From positions 117,031-181,030 of IMG/VR virus record IMGVR_UViG_3300035698_016797: a stretch of 64,000 nt of DNA; one strand, written 5' to 3'. Positions 12,201 through 20,813 of this stretch are shown here, in pieces; position 1 is the first letter of the stretch, and each line of letters opens with the position of its first letter. Under the pieces are notes generated by a model. It had not been told where the DNA came from and ran no database searches. It saw nothing but the letters and a program-made list of their open reading frames with translations. This DNA is from a virus. The position numbers and the translations under genes are program-made.

Positions 12201-15200
12201 GGCAGTCTTTGGAGACATGTTGGCACGCATTTCAGAAAGAGTGACCTTCTTATTCTTGGCCAATCCTTCAAGTTTTCTATATTCCCTAAGTGTTTCTTGT
12301 ATTGCTTTTGTGCGAAGCTTTTCGAATGCTACTGATTCTTTTGTGACGTCCGAAACTTTTGTAGCGTTGTTAAGAAGGGTTAACATTCTGTGAGTATATG
12401 CTACTGGTTGTTCTCCGTCAAAAGCTTCTACTCCAGCTCCTGTAAGCTTAGAAACGGAAGCATCCGAACTCAGGCTTGAATAAGGAACATCTACTGTCGA
12501 GGCACCCTGCATTAGGTCTGCAATTTGAGCTTTTCCCTTTTTTGTATTCCCTTTTATGCCCTTTAAACGCTCTACCAACTCTCCTCCGGTTACAAGATCT
12601 CCAGGAACCCTTTCTCCCTTTGCTTCGGTATTTTCTTTGGTAAGTTGGATAAATCCTGCACTCATCATGCTCTTAGGAGTCATGTGAGACAGTCCTTTTG
12701 AGAGAAGTTGGAGTTTCTTCTGTGTTTCTGCAACTTCTTTTGCGGGTTCACCAGAAAGAATTTGCTGACGATATTTGGCTATGTCGCTTTCCAATACTCC
12801 CAAAATCTTCATGTTTACACCACGCAAGTGCTCAGTAAGAGAATCGTTAATGGTGCGTAGACCCTTAACCATATTCATTGCTTCTTTTTTGGTGGTGATT
12901 TCTTTAGCTTCTTGTTCGTCTACTTTTCCACCTATGGCAGCAATTGAGTCTACAACATGTCTCTCTTGTTTTATCTTAGCTTTTCCCTTTGCCTTCTTTT
13001 TGTCTTTTTTGACAGCTTCAGATGCTTCTTCTGCGGTAATTAGGTGATTTGGATCTATTCCCTGTTCCTTTTGAAGCTTTTTAGTTTGTGCTCTCAATCC
13101 TTCTGCCCCAGCAGCAGCAACCGGTATGGTTGAAGGCTTGGCAGCCAACATTGCGGCTGTCAGCTTAGAGAGTCCCTGAATAACAATAGACATTTCATCT
13201 TTAAGGGCACTAGTGGAAGTAATTCCAGAAAGAACTGTCCCATTAAGTATGTCTATCCCTTTTAATAAGAGAACAAATCCAAGAGGAACCCCTTTTCCTC
13301 CACCTGTGCCATCGCCTCCTGGCCCTTCTGGTGCAGCCGGTACGTCTGGAGGTGTTGTTGGTGGAACATTTCCGCCATCACCTGATCCAGCCTTTCCCCT
13401 AGATCCTCTGAGTTTTTTAGGTTTTTCAGAGTCTACAGATTTGGGAAGTTCCTCTGTTAAAACAGGCTTATCTTGTGTATCCTTTACAGACTTTGCCGCC
13501 TTAACACTGGGTTTTGTAAGAGGCTTGTATGTAGAATCTAATCCAGGAAGAATTGCACGATCTATTAATCCTGACAACATCCCCATTGGGGGCATTCCAA
13601 GAGATTCTTTCATTCGAGATTCTGTCATTCCCGGTATTTGAGCTTTAAATTCTGTTCCGCCAGGTCCAATCATGTGAGTTTGTTTTTCAGTTCTTGGAGT
13701 TGAAGAGACGTTGGTACTCACTTGTGAGTCTGTCATTCCGAAATATTTACCAAGACCCTCTACTTTGCCAATCCTCTTTTTGTCTATTTGATAGCCATGC
13801 TCTCCCATAGATCCTGAAGCTCTGATGTTGGACATCATTTCAGCAATAAGTCTATTAAACTCAACGAATGTTCCCCTTAATCTACCCATGTCTTCATCGG
13901 AACCTTTAACCTTGATTCCCTTTTTTCCAGAAGTATAAGAGGGTCCAGTCTTTGCATCTTCTTTAAACCCAGCTATACCAAGAGAGCGTTTATAGAAGTC
14001 TGCCAACTGACTTTCTGGCAAATCTTTTTCAAATGTTCTTCCAAGACCACTTGCAGCCCCACTTTTTACTGTTCTTCCAGCTTGATATGCAAGGTCGTAC
14101 GACCCATCTTTATTAGCTTTGACTGGAGTAATATTTTGCAATGCAGCAGCGTCCATTGAAACTTTTCCGCCACCGTGGAACTTTCTAGCAATTTCTACTC
14201 TTCCCTTAGATTGGAACTGTTCTGCTTCAAGAGATTTTGCGGAGGAAATTCTCTGTTTTTCAGAATCTATTTTGCTGATGGCCGTTTGAATGCCGGTAAA
14301 CAGTTTGTTTAGATTTTTTCTTGGAGCGTCTGAACTAATTCTATACTGTCCGTCTCTTCCCATTGCATATTCTGCACCTGAAAGTTTTCCTTTTCCCTTT
14401 GTAAATCCAGCACTTTCAAGCTGCTCTTTTGACATATCTTTAAAACCTGCAATACTATCTTTTAGATTTCTAGGTGCTCCACCCTTAAACAGTTCGATTG
14501 CATCTTTAAGACCTCTCATGGCAGAACTTATCTGGGCTGCAACTTTAGCCTGCTCTTCTGCCTGTAGGCGTGCGGAGTGTAAAAACCTTTTACTATCTTC
14601 TGAAATCTTAACCGACTCTGGATCACCTAATATTTTATCAACAGACTTGCTTTCTTTACCTGTCAACTCTTTTGATCTTAGCATTTTGATTCCGCCAAGA
14701 CGTGATCTTGCAACATCCAATAGACCACTATGATCTTCCCCACCCTTAGTACGAGTTTCAAGATCTGAAATCATTTCTTTCAGGAGTTTTGTAGATCCTC
14801 CAGCTGTGATTGGATCAAATACATTCACACGTTTACCACCTGATCTCATTTCTTGTAAACGTGCGATGCCTTCTTCTGTTGCTCTTCCAACAAGTTTTGC
14901 CTTTTCAGGATCTTCAGATTCAGAGATTCCTCTTTTGACTGCCAAATCTTTAACACCTGCAAACGTAAACATCTTAGACGCGGCTGCTAATGGCTTTTGA
15001 AGAGCCTCTGCAAGCTGTGGAGTCATTGCATCTCTTTCATGTGGTGCAGAATCGTATTGTTTGTCACTTGCAATTCCCATCATTCTTGATGCTTCGTCCA
15101 TTTTTTGAACACGAAAGTTCAAAGCCCTTGCCTCTTCAGAGTTTTGTTCCTTATTTGACATGCTTCCAAGTCTTGAAACCAGTCCACTTCTTGCCTCTCC

Positions 15201-18200
15201 AACATGTTTCATTGTACCGGCAAGACTATATCCCTTCTGACCCCCTGTCCTCTCTTGCAAAGAAAGTTTATTGTTAGCAACCTGAGTGTATGTTGCAATT
15301 GCAATTCTTCTCAAAGAGTCTTTGACTGCATTTGCAAATTCTCTCGAATCTGATGTGACGTTTTTACTTTCTTTATATGCAGCAACGGTTTCATCAACCT
15401 TTGAAACTCTTCTTCTGTCTTTAACTTCTTCTGGTGTCAGGTCTTTTTCTTGTAGTGCAAAACGCTCCATGCGAAGTTTCAACGATTGTCCATACTCAGA
15501 TTCTCGCCCTTCTGGTGAAGCCTGTATAAAACTATTAGTCTTACTTCTAAATGTAGTTGCGTCATAATCTCCAGCATTATAGGCCGATCTTGCAGCATTA
15601 AATCCCTGGGTCAGCTCTGGAGAGTTGATACTGGCAACTCCCTTACTCATTTCAAGAACATCCGGCTTAAAGGTTTTGTGCGCAGTCTGCAATCTTTTGC
15701 GTGCACCTCTTGATTTTCCAATCATTGCAGATTTTTCTTCTTGGATTTGAGCCTCTACTGCCATTGTCTGTTTAGATATCTGCCCTGTTTCAATTGGAGC
15801 CATGAGATTTGCAGTGCCAGAACTGCGCATGGCAGATTCCCAACGGTCTTTCAACATTTCTGAAAGTGCTTCTCCATCAGCCTTAACTCCACCAGGGTCC
15901 ATTGCTCCAAACATTGCACCAGCAAATTGACTAGTAGATCCAGCATGTGTTGCAGATATGCCGGTTTGATTTGCCCAAGTGTCAGACATCCCCTTAATTC
16001 TGGACGCTGTGCCGGAATACCCCACTGGCTTTCTCTTCAAAGTTTTTCCAGGCATGTCCTTGTAAAAATCTTCCTCTTTGGTAGAGAACGGAATATGTGA
16101 TAGTCTTGTGTCAAACAATCCAATTCTTGCAGCTTCTGCCGCCTGAGCCTCTCCCCTTCTGTCCTTTTTTACATCTCCATATTTTGACCAAGCTTGTTTA
16201 AGATTTACCCCTGTCTGAGCAGAAACATCAGCCATTGGAACGCGCCTTCCTTCATCATCCTTAGCTTCTCTGTATATCTTTAACGCGTCAACCACAGAGT
16301 CCATCTCTTTACCTGTGCGAATCAGTGCAGCCTTTTCTTCTGTCCTATTTGTTCCTTCGGCCTTAGAATAAGCCTTAGAACTTTCCCCAGAATAGTGCTG
16401 AATAACCTCGTCTGTGTCAAAATCTTTAATCCCCCTAGAGCCGGACCTTCCGATAATTTGTCCTTGCTCATAAATCTGTGATTTTGTTCCCCTTTGAGCT
16501 TTTCTTCCAGCCATCTTTTCAACTTCAGCGATATATCGAGATCCTTCAATAACAAAGTCTCTTATTTCTTTTGTTGCGGCAATTGCCATTGCAGCGTCTG
16601 GTCTTCCACTCAACTCTGGAATGCGTGCTTCAAGTTCTTTGGCAATAGATCCCTGACTCTGCTTCATTCCAACTCCAGCTTTACCACCAACCGTTCCTGT
16701 TAAAGCTCCCATATTATTGAGAATCATATCCTGAACTTCTCTCAATCCTGTTCCAGATCCTTCAAACTGAGAACCTTTCATTTTCCTAACATTTTTATAC
16801 GAACGAATTGTTCTAAAGAACGATTCGTGCATCCCCATTTGATCTTCGGGAACACCTGTTGCAGTCAGCTGTTTGTCTCTAAATTTTTCGGTTGCTTTAT
16901 CAAGAGACATGTTTGGATAAGCCCTTGAGTATGCGGTCTTGGCTGTTGATGTTGCAACATCTCCACCATACAGAGAGGACAGTGTAGCTGGATCTTTAGG
17001 GTTTCTAAGTAACGCTCCAAGACCGCCTTCGATTCCACCCATCTCTCTAAGCTGTCTTGTCTTGGAAGTTTCAAACCCTGGCATTCTGGCGTATCCCTTT
17101 TTGGCACCATTCTGCCTATAGTAGTCAAGAAAATGTCCGGCATCCTGAGTGGAAAGAGGAGCTTCTGTCGTGTCTCTTAATTGTTTTCCAGAATTTTTTA
17201 CTAAATTGCCTGCCAACGAAGCTCTGTCAACCTTTTGCCCTTTTGGAAGTTCTTCTAGCATATTACTAACGGACTGTAGTAAAATGTCTCTCCCAACTGG
17301 CCCACCAAGACGTTCTATTAAATTCCCTCTTTGTCCACCCCTATCGACAACATTTTGTTTAATTCTTTCTCCACCAGCTGCTGTTGCCTTTGCATATCCT
17401 CCGCTTCCAAGGCCAATTAGTTCACCTTGTGCAGCTTCAAGTAAATCTTTTCCATGACTGGATTTAGACTCAAAAACGCGACCTCTTACTGCGTCAGTAA
17501 GTTTGCCTTGCTTTTTAAGTTGATCTGCTGTTACACCTAGACTTCTGGTTGCACCGTTGGATGCAGTTTCAATAGTCTCAAGAGCCTTTGCAACCTCTAA
17601 CAGTTTAGCAGCTTTTCCAATTTGTCTTTGTTGACTTTCTGTTGGTTTTGGGAATGCTTCTTTAAGAGTATTTAAAGCACTGGTCATTTCCGAAATAGAA
17701 GCGGTTTCATACGCTCCAGTAGTTCTTTTTACAGAGCTTTCACCCTCCGAAAACTCGTCAAACATCGTTCCAATTTCACTACGGTTCCATTCATTAGAAG
17801 ATGTACTTTTTGACGTGTTGCCAGATGTAAGAGTGGATTCCACAATATTAGAGAATTCATTTCTAGTATTCATTCCAGCAAGACCCATCGCAGCCTTTCT
17901 ATAGTCAACAAGTTTTTCACTATCAATTGCTGGAGTTTTAGTTGCAACTTTTTCCGCACGTCTTTGTGAAGATGCCCCTCCAGTCTTTGCTAATACAGCA
18001 GAACTTGAGCTGGTAATAGCCGTAAACGTGTCTTTAAGTAAACTCTTAAACTCTTTGCCTGATGTGTCTGCCATTCCTTCTGGGAATGTTTTTTCTACTC
18101 TATCTCCTATTTCACTTCCAATCCCTCCACGACGATAAAGTCTTTTCTTTCCTTCCTCCACTCTTCCAAACTCTTGAGAAGCACTCATTACCGCATAACT

Positions 18201-19817
18201 CATGGCGCTGGAAGCGCCCTCTTTTTCGTTTATGCCATAGTGTTTTAGTTGACGACCGCCAAGACCCATGTTTGCTTGAACGGTTGCTTTGCGTAAAAGT
18301 TCATTTACAATGGAGACATGTCCTCCAGAAATAACTTCCCCTCTGCCTCTTTTTGCCTCTGCTGTTTGGGCTAAATTGGCACGTTCGTTTTGCATTCCTC
18401 CAATACGACTTCCAGATCTACCTATAATTTCATTTTTTAGGTTGCCCAAAGCTTGAGAAACTGACACATCTTTACCTTTTGAGGGTACAACTTTTCCTCC
18501 ATGTCCTCCATTCTCTGTGCTCGTAATATAATCGGTGAGAGCCTTTTCTTTGGCCCTGATCATTTTTTGAATGCCTTCTCCGAGTCCCTTTGTTTGGGTT
18601 GCAGACTGAAGACTATCAATCAAGCCGTCCATTCCACCTCCACCTTTTTTGACATGGGATATGAGCTTTTTGGCAAAGTTTTGAGACACGTTCATTTCAC
18701 TTTTGCCCACAGCGGAAGCTAGATCCTTTGGATTCATTCCACTTTGAGCGGCAACTCCAACTCCCATCATGTCTGCAAGAATTTCATTAGTGGCTGCTCT
18801 GCGAACTGTGTGTTTTTTTACACTACTTCCCTTTTTTCTGGTGGCAATTTCATAATCTCTGGTTCCGGCCTGAAGATTTCCAATACTGTTTTTCTTTGCA
18901 GCGGCTCCAACAGCATGAACCATTTCGTGAGCAGCTCTTGTTGCATCCATGACACCGCTTTGCTTACCGCGCATAGTTATATCGTATTTGCCTTTGCCTC
19001 CTTGGGCAATATAGGCTCCGGTGTCAGGATTGTTTGCGAAGGTTGGAGAGGTACTATTTGAACGTCTTTGGAATTTAACACCAAAGTTTCTGTCGAAGGA
19101 TTTGCCTAGAGCATCTATCTGTCTAAGCATGTTGGAGAAGGTGGAACGGGAAGATGAGTCAACGTCACGAAGGTCTTTTGCAACCCTAGAAAACGCATCA
19201 TCTTTATCTGCTCCCCCAGTACGTCTAGTTGAACTTTCTCTTTTGTGGGAACTTGCAGAAGCGGCAGTTGCCCCAGGAGACTGTTGAGCCTTTTTCTTAA
19301 CGGTGCTTACGGTGTTGCCAACAGCAGCTATTTGTTGCTGTGTTGATTGAACACTTGCATCCATCTTTTGTAAAATTGCTCTCATTGCGGCAGCGTTTTC
19401 TCCGCCACCACTTGAAGTTCCACCACTACTTGATCCTCCACTACTTGGAGAAGTTCCACCACCACCTGATTCGCTTACTCTCTTGACTGCTGCTGTTGCA
19501 GCTTGGTCGATTTTGGAAATTGCAGCATTTGCTATAGTCCCAAGCGTAGATCTATAGTCATCTTTCATTTTTTTCATTGTCCCACTTCTGCGTCTAGTGG
19601 TTGCAGTAATAGATGTATCTAGTTTTTTAAGATCTTTCACTATAGACTTAAGAGGTTCTATATTGTCCTTTACACCCTTCAGGCTTTCTGTTGCAGTATT
19701 CATTGCATTAACATACGACTGAAGATTCTCGGCATTTTTTCCAATTGCCGCAGTATCTTTATCATCAAGGTTGAAACGAACGTTGACGCCCCATTGTTCT
19801 GTCATACTCTCTGCCAT
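3297..19817 (-). CDS. Giant tape measure protein (5506 aa) with long N-terminal extension
   Basis: SD AGGAGG. TP901-type core around 11950-11000 (FESAVVNVTKV...MAKEFGTSIVETANAMTIFAQQG...LDSQGSTFRENQKVMDT). A/G/K/S-rich helical composition; follows tail tube and chaperone genes. Confidence 0.9.
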   Translation of the reverse strand: MAESMTEQWGVNVRFNLDDKDTAAIGKNAENLQSYVNAMNTATESLKGVKDNIEPLKSIVKDLKKLDTSITATTRRRSGTMKKMKDDYRSTLGTIANAAISKIDQAATAAVKRVSESGGGGTSPSSGGSSSGGTSSGGGENAAAMRAILQKMDASVQSTQQQIAAVGNTVSTVKKKAQQSPGATAASASSHKRESSTRRTGGADKDDAFSRVAKDLRDVDSSSRSTFSNMLRQIDALGKSFDRNFGVKFQRRSNSTSPTFANNPDTGAYIAQGGKGKYDITMRGKQSGVMDATRAAHEMVHAVGAAAKKNSIGNLQAGTRDYEIATRKKGSSVKKHTVRRAATNEILADMMGVGVAAQSGMNPKDLASAVGKSEMNVSQNFAKKLISHVKKGGGGMDGLIDSLQSATQTKGLGEGIQKMIRAKEKALTDYITSTENGGHGGKVVPSKGKDVSVSQALGNLKNEIIGRSGSRIGGMQNERANLAQTAEAKRGRGEVISGGHVSIVNELLRKATVQANMGLGGRQLKHYGINEKEGASSAMSYAVMSASQEFGRVEEGKKRLYRRGGIGSEIGDRVEKTFPEGMADTSGKEFKSLLKDTFTAITSSSSAVLAKTGGASSQRRAEKVATKTPAIDSEKLVDYRKAAMGLAGMNTRNEFSNIVESTLTSGNTSKSTSSNEWNRSEIGTMFDEFSEGESSVKRTTGAYETASISEMTSALNTLKEAFPKPTESQQRQIGKAAKLLEVAKALETIETASNGATRSLGVTADQLKKQGKLTDAVRGRVFESKSSHGKDLLEAAQGELIGLGSGGYAKATAAGGERIKQNVVDRGGQRGNLIERLGGPVGRDILLQSVSNMLEELPKGQKVDRASLAGNLVKNSGKQLRDTTEAPLSTQDAGHFLDYYRQNGAKKGYARMPGFETSKTRQLREMGGIEGGLGALLRNPKDPATLSSLYGGDVATSTAKTAYSRAYPNMSLDKATEKFRDKQLTATGVPEDQMGMHESFFRTIRSYKNVRKMKGSQFEGSGTGLREVQDMILNNMGALTGTVGGKAGVGMKQSQGSIAKELEARIPELSGRPDAAMAIAATKEIRDFVIEGSRYIAEVEKMAGRKAQRGTKSQIYEQGQIIGRSGSRGIKDFDTDEVIQHYSGESSKAYSKAEGTNRTEEKAALIRTGKEMDSVVDALKIYREAKDDEGRRVPMADVSAQTGVNLKQAWSKYGDVKKDRRGEAQAAEAARIGLFDTRLSHIPFSTKEEDFYKDMPGKTLKRKPVGYSGTASRIKGMSDTWANQTGISATHAGSTSQFAGAMFGAMDPGGVKADGEALSEMLKDRWESAMRSSGTANLMAPIETGQISKQTMAVEAQIQEEKSAMIGKSRGARKRLQTAHKTFKPDVLEMSKGVASINSPELTQGFNAARSAYNAGDYDATTFRSKTNSFIQASPEGRESEYGQSLKLRMERFALQEKDLTPEEVKDRRRVSKVDETVAAYKESKNVTSDSREFANAVKDSLRRIAIATYTQVANNKLSLQERTGGQKGYSLAGTMKHVGEARSGLVSRLGSMSNKEQNSEEARALNFRVQKMDEASRMMGIASDKQYDSAPHERDAMTPQLAEALQKPLAAASKMFTFAGVKDLAVKRGISESEDPEKAKLVGRATEEGIARLQEMRSGGKRVNVFDPITAGGSTKLLKEMISDLETRTKGGEDHSGLLDVARSRLGGIKMLRSKELTGKESKSVDKILGDPESVKISEDSKRFLHSARLQAEEQAKVAAQISSAMRGLKDAIELFKGGAPRNLKDSIAGFKDMSKEQLESAGFTKGKGKLSGAEYAMGRDGQYRISSDAPRKNLNKLFTGIQTAISKIDSEKQRISSAKSLEAEQFQSKGRVEIARKFHGGGKVSMDAAALQNITPVKANKDGSYDLAYQAGRTVKSGAASGLGRTFEKDLPESQLADFYKRSLGIAGFKEDAKTGPSYTSGKKGIKVKGSDEDMGRLRGTFVEFNRLIAEMMSNIRASGSMGEHGYQIDKKRIGKVEGLGKYFGMTDSQVSTNVSSTPRTEKQTHMIGPGGTEFKAQIPGMTESRMKESLGMPPMGMLSGLIDRAILPGLDSTYKPLTKPSVKAAKSVKDTQDKPVLTEELPKSVDSEKPKKLRGSRGKAGSGDGGNVPPTTPPDVPAAPEGPGGDGTGGGKGVPLGFVLLLKGIDILNGTVLSGITSTSALKDEMSIVIQGLSKLTAAMLAAKPSTIPVAAAGAEGLRAQTKKLQKEQGIDPNHLITAEEASEAVKKDKKKAKGKAKIKQERHVVDSIAAIGGKVDEQEAKEITTKKEAMNMVKGLRTINDSLTEHLRGVNMKILGVLESDIAKYRQQILSGEPAKEVAETQKKLQLLSKGLSHMTPKSMMSAGFIQLTKENTEAKGERVPGDLVTGGELVERLKGIKGNTKKGKAQIADLMQGASTVDVPYSSLSSDASVSKLTGAGVEAFDGEQPVAYTHRMLTLLNNATKVSDVTKESVAFEKLRTKAIQETLREYRKLEGLAKNKKVTLSEMRANMSPKTAQGLQEGLRSRLSHMASAGEGKASTLQTADPSALARHEKQVGKTARETLAAEYSVNKLVKGVANRVVLYGGMSFALYGVIHRLRNAVQTMTQFESAVVNVTKVMNPLFVNIEQVSQSSQRMAKEFGTSIVETANAMTIFAQQGKSAAAATQLAETAMIASNTTVLKAAEATESLTAAIRQFNIEDKDSIRILDAWNEVENRTAVTSATLAQAVKQSGTAARIAGITFDELNGFVAAVGSSTRQTGNQLGRSFRYILSHLRTDEAVEALQNLGIAVYNADGQFRDAFSILQQLGGRWKTLTNVQRQNAAITIAGTRRYNSILVLMDKWDDVIKSTKLSLDSQGSTFRENQKVMDTTEKQLASMRAGFQSLYAQIGDSGALSILKSIASLTKDVTGIFEKMPGKSLFATAGVLGGIGAVGARAFRFSGLDQFVAHGGERQGVNKAMNSRMSKWRKEQGITGFARTGFGGKGTGFGKFLGQNETSETMTNDILQARLAARSARGEGTSPEQEQELKRGAGETAKARLEKEQIYFSGMGKAWDKQKNKIAEVGEQTHMFFNRYRLQLTMTGIAMKTFAQTQKDMFSPSGRTMMGDVANATGSIVMNQAIFGTMVGNMVGSSEKVGSAIGGINKMLVKSTKTAFQFKQGWVAAGLAILATLTLSRRAIGDIGKRITGSEALTRRIIGLEQERLKTLDASLSVYMRISDLMKNSQPITPIDMQNFKDAEDALSRLLPGARKIGAPALYNGINADAAESAFGNSEKRDKTRKQLRSKASTSAFFQSTGMFGGTLFDSLVGQMKGYNKGLDKLELERRSIDAKIAKVGPEKALKDGPLGMGRSLLEKRARIDQSIIKMSDAQSTIRTQVDKQSEHVYRAIEDQGTAVYMAMRGIKSASTMMNTLTKEEKIALSTLAKHSSEQQVVSELARKKISQSFKGLSFRMSPGVKKVLEERAEQFILFEDMTRKASEGMRAFTVQRTKFLGKNGKFTGEGAGDTSNINFEVNKDSDTTTVRKGALKALSVQAPDIDLKKYEDVIISLDTLGSGLLRTPLKALKRFGTTSKTLFQSIIDNYSIMKMQMEHPLKLQQFTLFQTDTLPELRRQIQLTSKSMESLPKLIGAIGPEFQTAINNIENAKLNVESLGSTIAMMGKMAQKPEGSISDMFSAGMASMAMNEKQRQLILELPTLYARAVSQSAKQTAKGFYDMGEGADGALKTFQSYADWMNQIFQMANLDYSTEKLVAEFNDVSDAQERARLGSNKLTEALLLAQSILEKQAYTQLRSSIKEVTDLSVKASEGLKKVHGQAGKLSRIQVGKALVKDFQLTTDAARRINSEVNSLFSNTRQQLNALQAPMDAVATSLLRQIQRRKRNAQELKEEIQGLTKSITEYRNMANKSDGAKDEMGNLEQKIKAARTQLNALNKSIKEFSNMRQVLVQSADAQERYKDSIIASRVELDNFFKNYKEFTQYLNSYQKIIKGVASSEISNMRALNITISTVANQLASIRKQEGDLKALRDRYQLHENISAAQAEVNKLSQMGAKFEAELAKLAEQKANAQLKMLSAMAKQVQLQKRSRAEYSAAKMLGSGVFQAQVNMTKTVTGEMKEIAVVAAQVMNQFEGRLPEAVTATMRGAIAQAGKAIKNVNRESDPAMRKNFAMASGQEKAAYGYIQALKSSGKSLEGIFSDPGLKQLAKTSTLIGALVDKMARNEESIALAEASKLQMNAAEIIFAAATTMLVAARAKAAPVEISEIEALGQKLAAGIGGSGGMSPDSFRQWDALTKKQIAGAGNDEKSGMVELVKMMSMMLRASMGDRGTVRDVITGQNVGNMGLPHEARGTGRSYKSTNGRIPLGRSQPLLSVLHGQERVLSANEVDSYERLGVPGFETGSKIPFGVGWREKFKLSEGMAESIGANKFGLGGVVAVGGAFEAGKHAYELHENISTAMDLKNLREGESFDKNNLYAQMVGNLSGIGSTGAMGISGLKKVIGKNSSVGLGTAGIGMSAVNHASNIGAAWMDDDKSTFGKLRSTAWESGMFGLDSSILNKLNPGSFKKATELAGSTLRASTGKVGPMAKGIGDALGSARGGIGKALTAAKGQIGNALVNGKAAMPTMGRHAGNVGRGAGKVLGSAGKLAGKALGSAAATTAFTTSAIGSLINVGGVGMEALAGGDKGGNASLLSARGATHGTGQLMRGVGTTVANLGLPLALKTLKESGRGVGNLFKSDKEDSVGTISTADRMIAATAEDGNSSFLNRGGMTIFGSAGVDFGIGEGLARGDSKDSMRANYGHRLGQLMKANLTSSTLTKRGTDTSANAGNVFEFLEELRKLGAGNRKTRYDSGMSKFLSNQLGNNAIPTNYKSAFAATDIYPQFDWPNVGQHLSKISRKGTAGSLISKLMDTEKYTDGDRFAMYESWMSRLVTGSMPLPDEKKRFVEKLKELEPLSLKRATTVGNLEGDDDRNKRVYGDWRHHVQAIKDKIAEHVKRREPTRAVKLMSDLEFKNEELFKAMKADPGFTKFYNNQLYNEAPTQVAKWLKEASAFHQNRSQEVGPGGRPTKQARQSENRIKELKEMKDSLKKSGALRTLESFQKTYPDATLEDFHKGGNSFLSYEKSRYSDLNRGEKISSLEQRIKALNRSILLKTDGEGREYNIATGEFVQTMQSRARYGDPKNRKQGDVWLKEELQKQKQLELLKQEKSELETSKTTSSSKSLMAISTRPKQREINIANPQVMSGSKAKVIRPKRKVHVEKAMLDAMSWKDQAKYIQDLRDRGYHIVIKKSKIGDPGIKSDPYAKVPKKPNVLHGRPSNEGLGVLAKFRSGELTVDEAKKMAGGRQFKNGSRGRLPGSRNMAQLALLHGQERVLSAGDVDTFEKMGVPGFANGSGRNVSTSDFARANDAQFAPVVNQFRQVAEEFKLAVENMKTISGSEGNISSAHVEHEGNVEVSIDDSVTEMLTELRALIIQAQDTRDQLQTGQIVQDQSIG

Positions 19818-19836
19818 TGTGTCTTCCTCCTAAAAC

Positions 19837-20751
19837 CTAAAGTGAATCAAACGATGTTCTAACTTTGTAAGGTTGATCAACCTTATAGCTTTTACCGTTT
19901 GCCGGTGTGTCACCACCTTTCTTGTTTCTCTTGTTCATTTGTTGAATCCAATCAAAAAGACTTTCATCATCTTCTATAATTTCTGCTGATGGAGCTTGTG
20001 GGTATGCATAGATGTCGTCATAAAAATCACTCCAATAACAAATAGCAACCTTATTTTTATCCCACGATGCACTTGCTCCTTCGAAAACTGACGCTCCAGT
20101 TTGTTTTGAAGCCTTCCATCTTTGTCTCCACTCTAACGTGCGTGCTAAGGCTCTTATTACAGAAGGGTCAATTCCAATCATCATTATGATGAAGTTTTGC
20201 TTTGCCATCATTACAAATCTCTTGTCGTGAGATTTCTCAAAGTCCTTATACGTTGTCCAGTATTGTGTATCAAGCTCTTCTCCGTGCATTGTGCAGCAGG
20301 ATAACAGATACATCATGCGTACCTCTTCTGCTTTTAATTCGATAGTGTTCTCTAAGATACTATCCTCTATAATCTCAAGTTGTCTCAACTCTCTTCTTAA
20401 ATCTTCAGACTTCTTTTGTAGCTCTCCAACCTGTATGTCTGAATTTGTTATTTCTTTTGCCCTATCAAATGATTCAAGCTGCTTTTTTATGCGTTCTGTT
20501 TTGTGATAAAAGTCTGTAGGTAAAAGACCATGCTTTTTGATTATTTGTTTCATATCTTCTATGGTAGGGAGTCCTGCCTGTTGTAATTTTTTACAGGTCT
20601 TTGCATAAGTTAGTCTAGCTCTGTCCCTGTTTGATATTGTTGGAAATTTTACAGCATAAATTTCTCCATCAAGGCCAATAAACATCTTTTTGCCGGTAAT
20701 GATTTCTACCAACAACTCTTCTATCTCTTGTTTGTTTAGATCAATTTTCAT
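19837..20751 (-). CDS. Tail assembly chaperone-like protein 2 (start probably ATG 20751, MKIDL...)
   Basis: Immediately upstream of the tape measure. The track start at 20793 lies across a terminator hairpin. Visibly similar to 20814-21524. Confidence 0.6.
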   Translation of the reverse strand: MKIDLNKQEIEELLVEIITGKKMFIGLDGEIYAVKFPTISNRDRARLTYAKTCKKLQQAGLPTIEDMKQIIKKHGLLPTDFYHKTERIKKQLESFDRAKEITNSDIQVGELQKKSEDLRRELRQLEIIEDSILENTIELKAEEVRMMYLLSCCTMHGEELDTQYWTTYKDFEKSHDKRFVMMAKQNFIIMMIGIDPSVIRALARTLEWRQRWKASKQTGASVFEGASASWDKNKVAICYWSDFYDDIYAYPQAPSAEIIEDDESLFDWIQQMNKRNKKGGDTPANGKSYKVDQPYKVRTSFDSL

Positions 20752-20754
20752 GGT

Positions 20755-20790
20755 AAAAAAAATGACAAGGGAGTATTCCTCCCTTGTCAT
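20755..20790 (-). terminator. Intrinsic terminator between the two chaperone-like genes
   Basis: Perfect 12-bp inverted repeat ATGACAAGGGAG (20762-20773) / CTCCCTTGTCAT (20779-20790), 5-nt loop, followed on the minus strand by 8 U. Confidence 0.7.
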
Positions 20791-20813
20791 CATATCTTTT
20801 TGTGAGTTTTGAT

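Noticed and set aside
3435-19287. Many plus-strand ORFs antisense to the tape measure and other late genes
   Set aside because: Shadow ORFs with no SD or recognisable motifs, lying opposite long genes.
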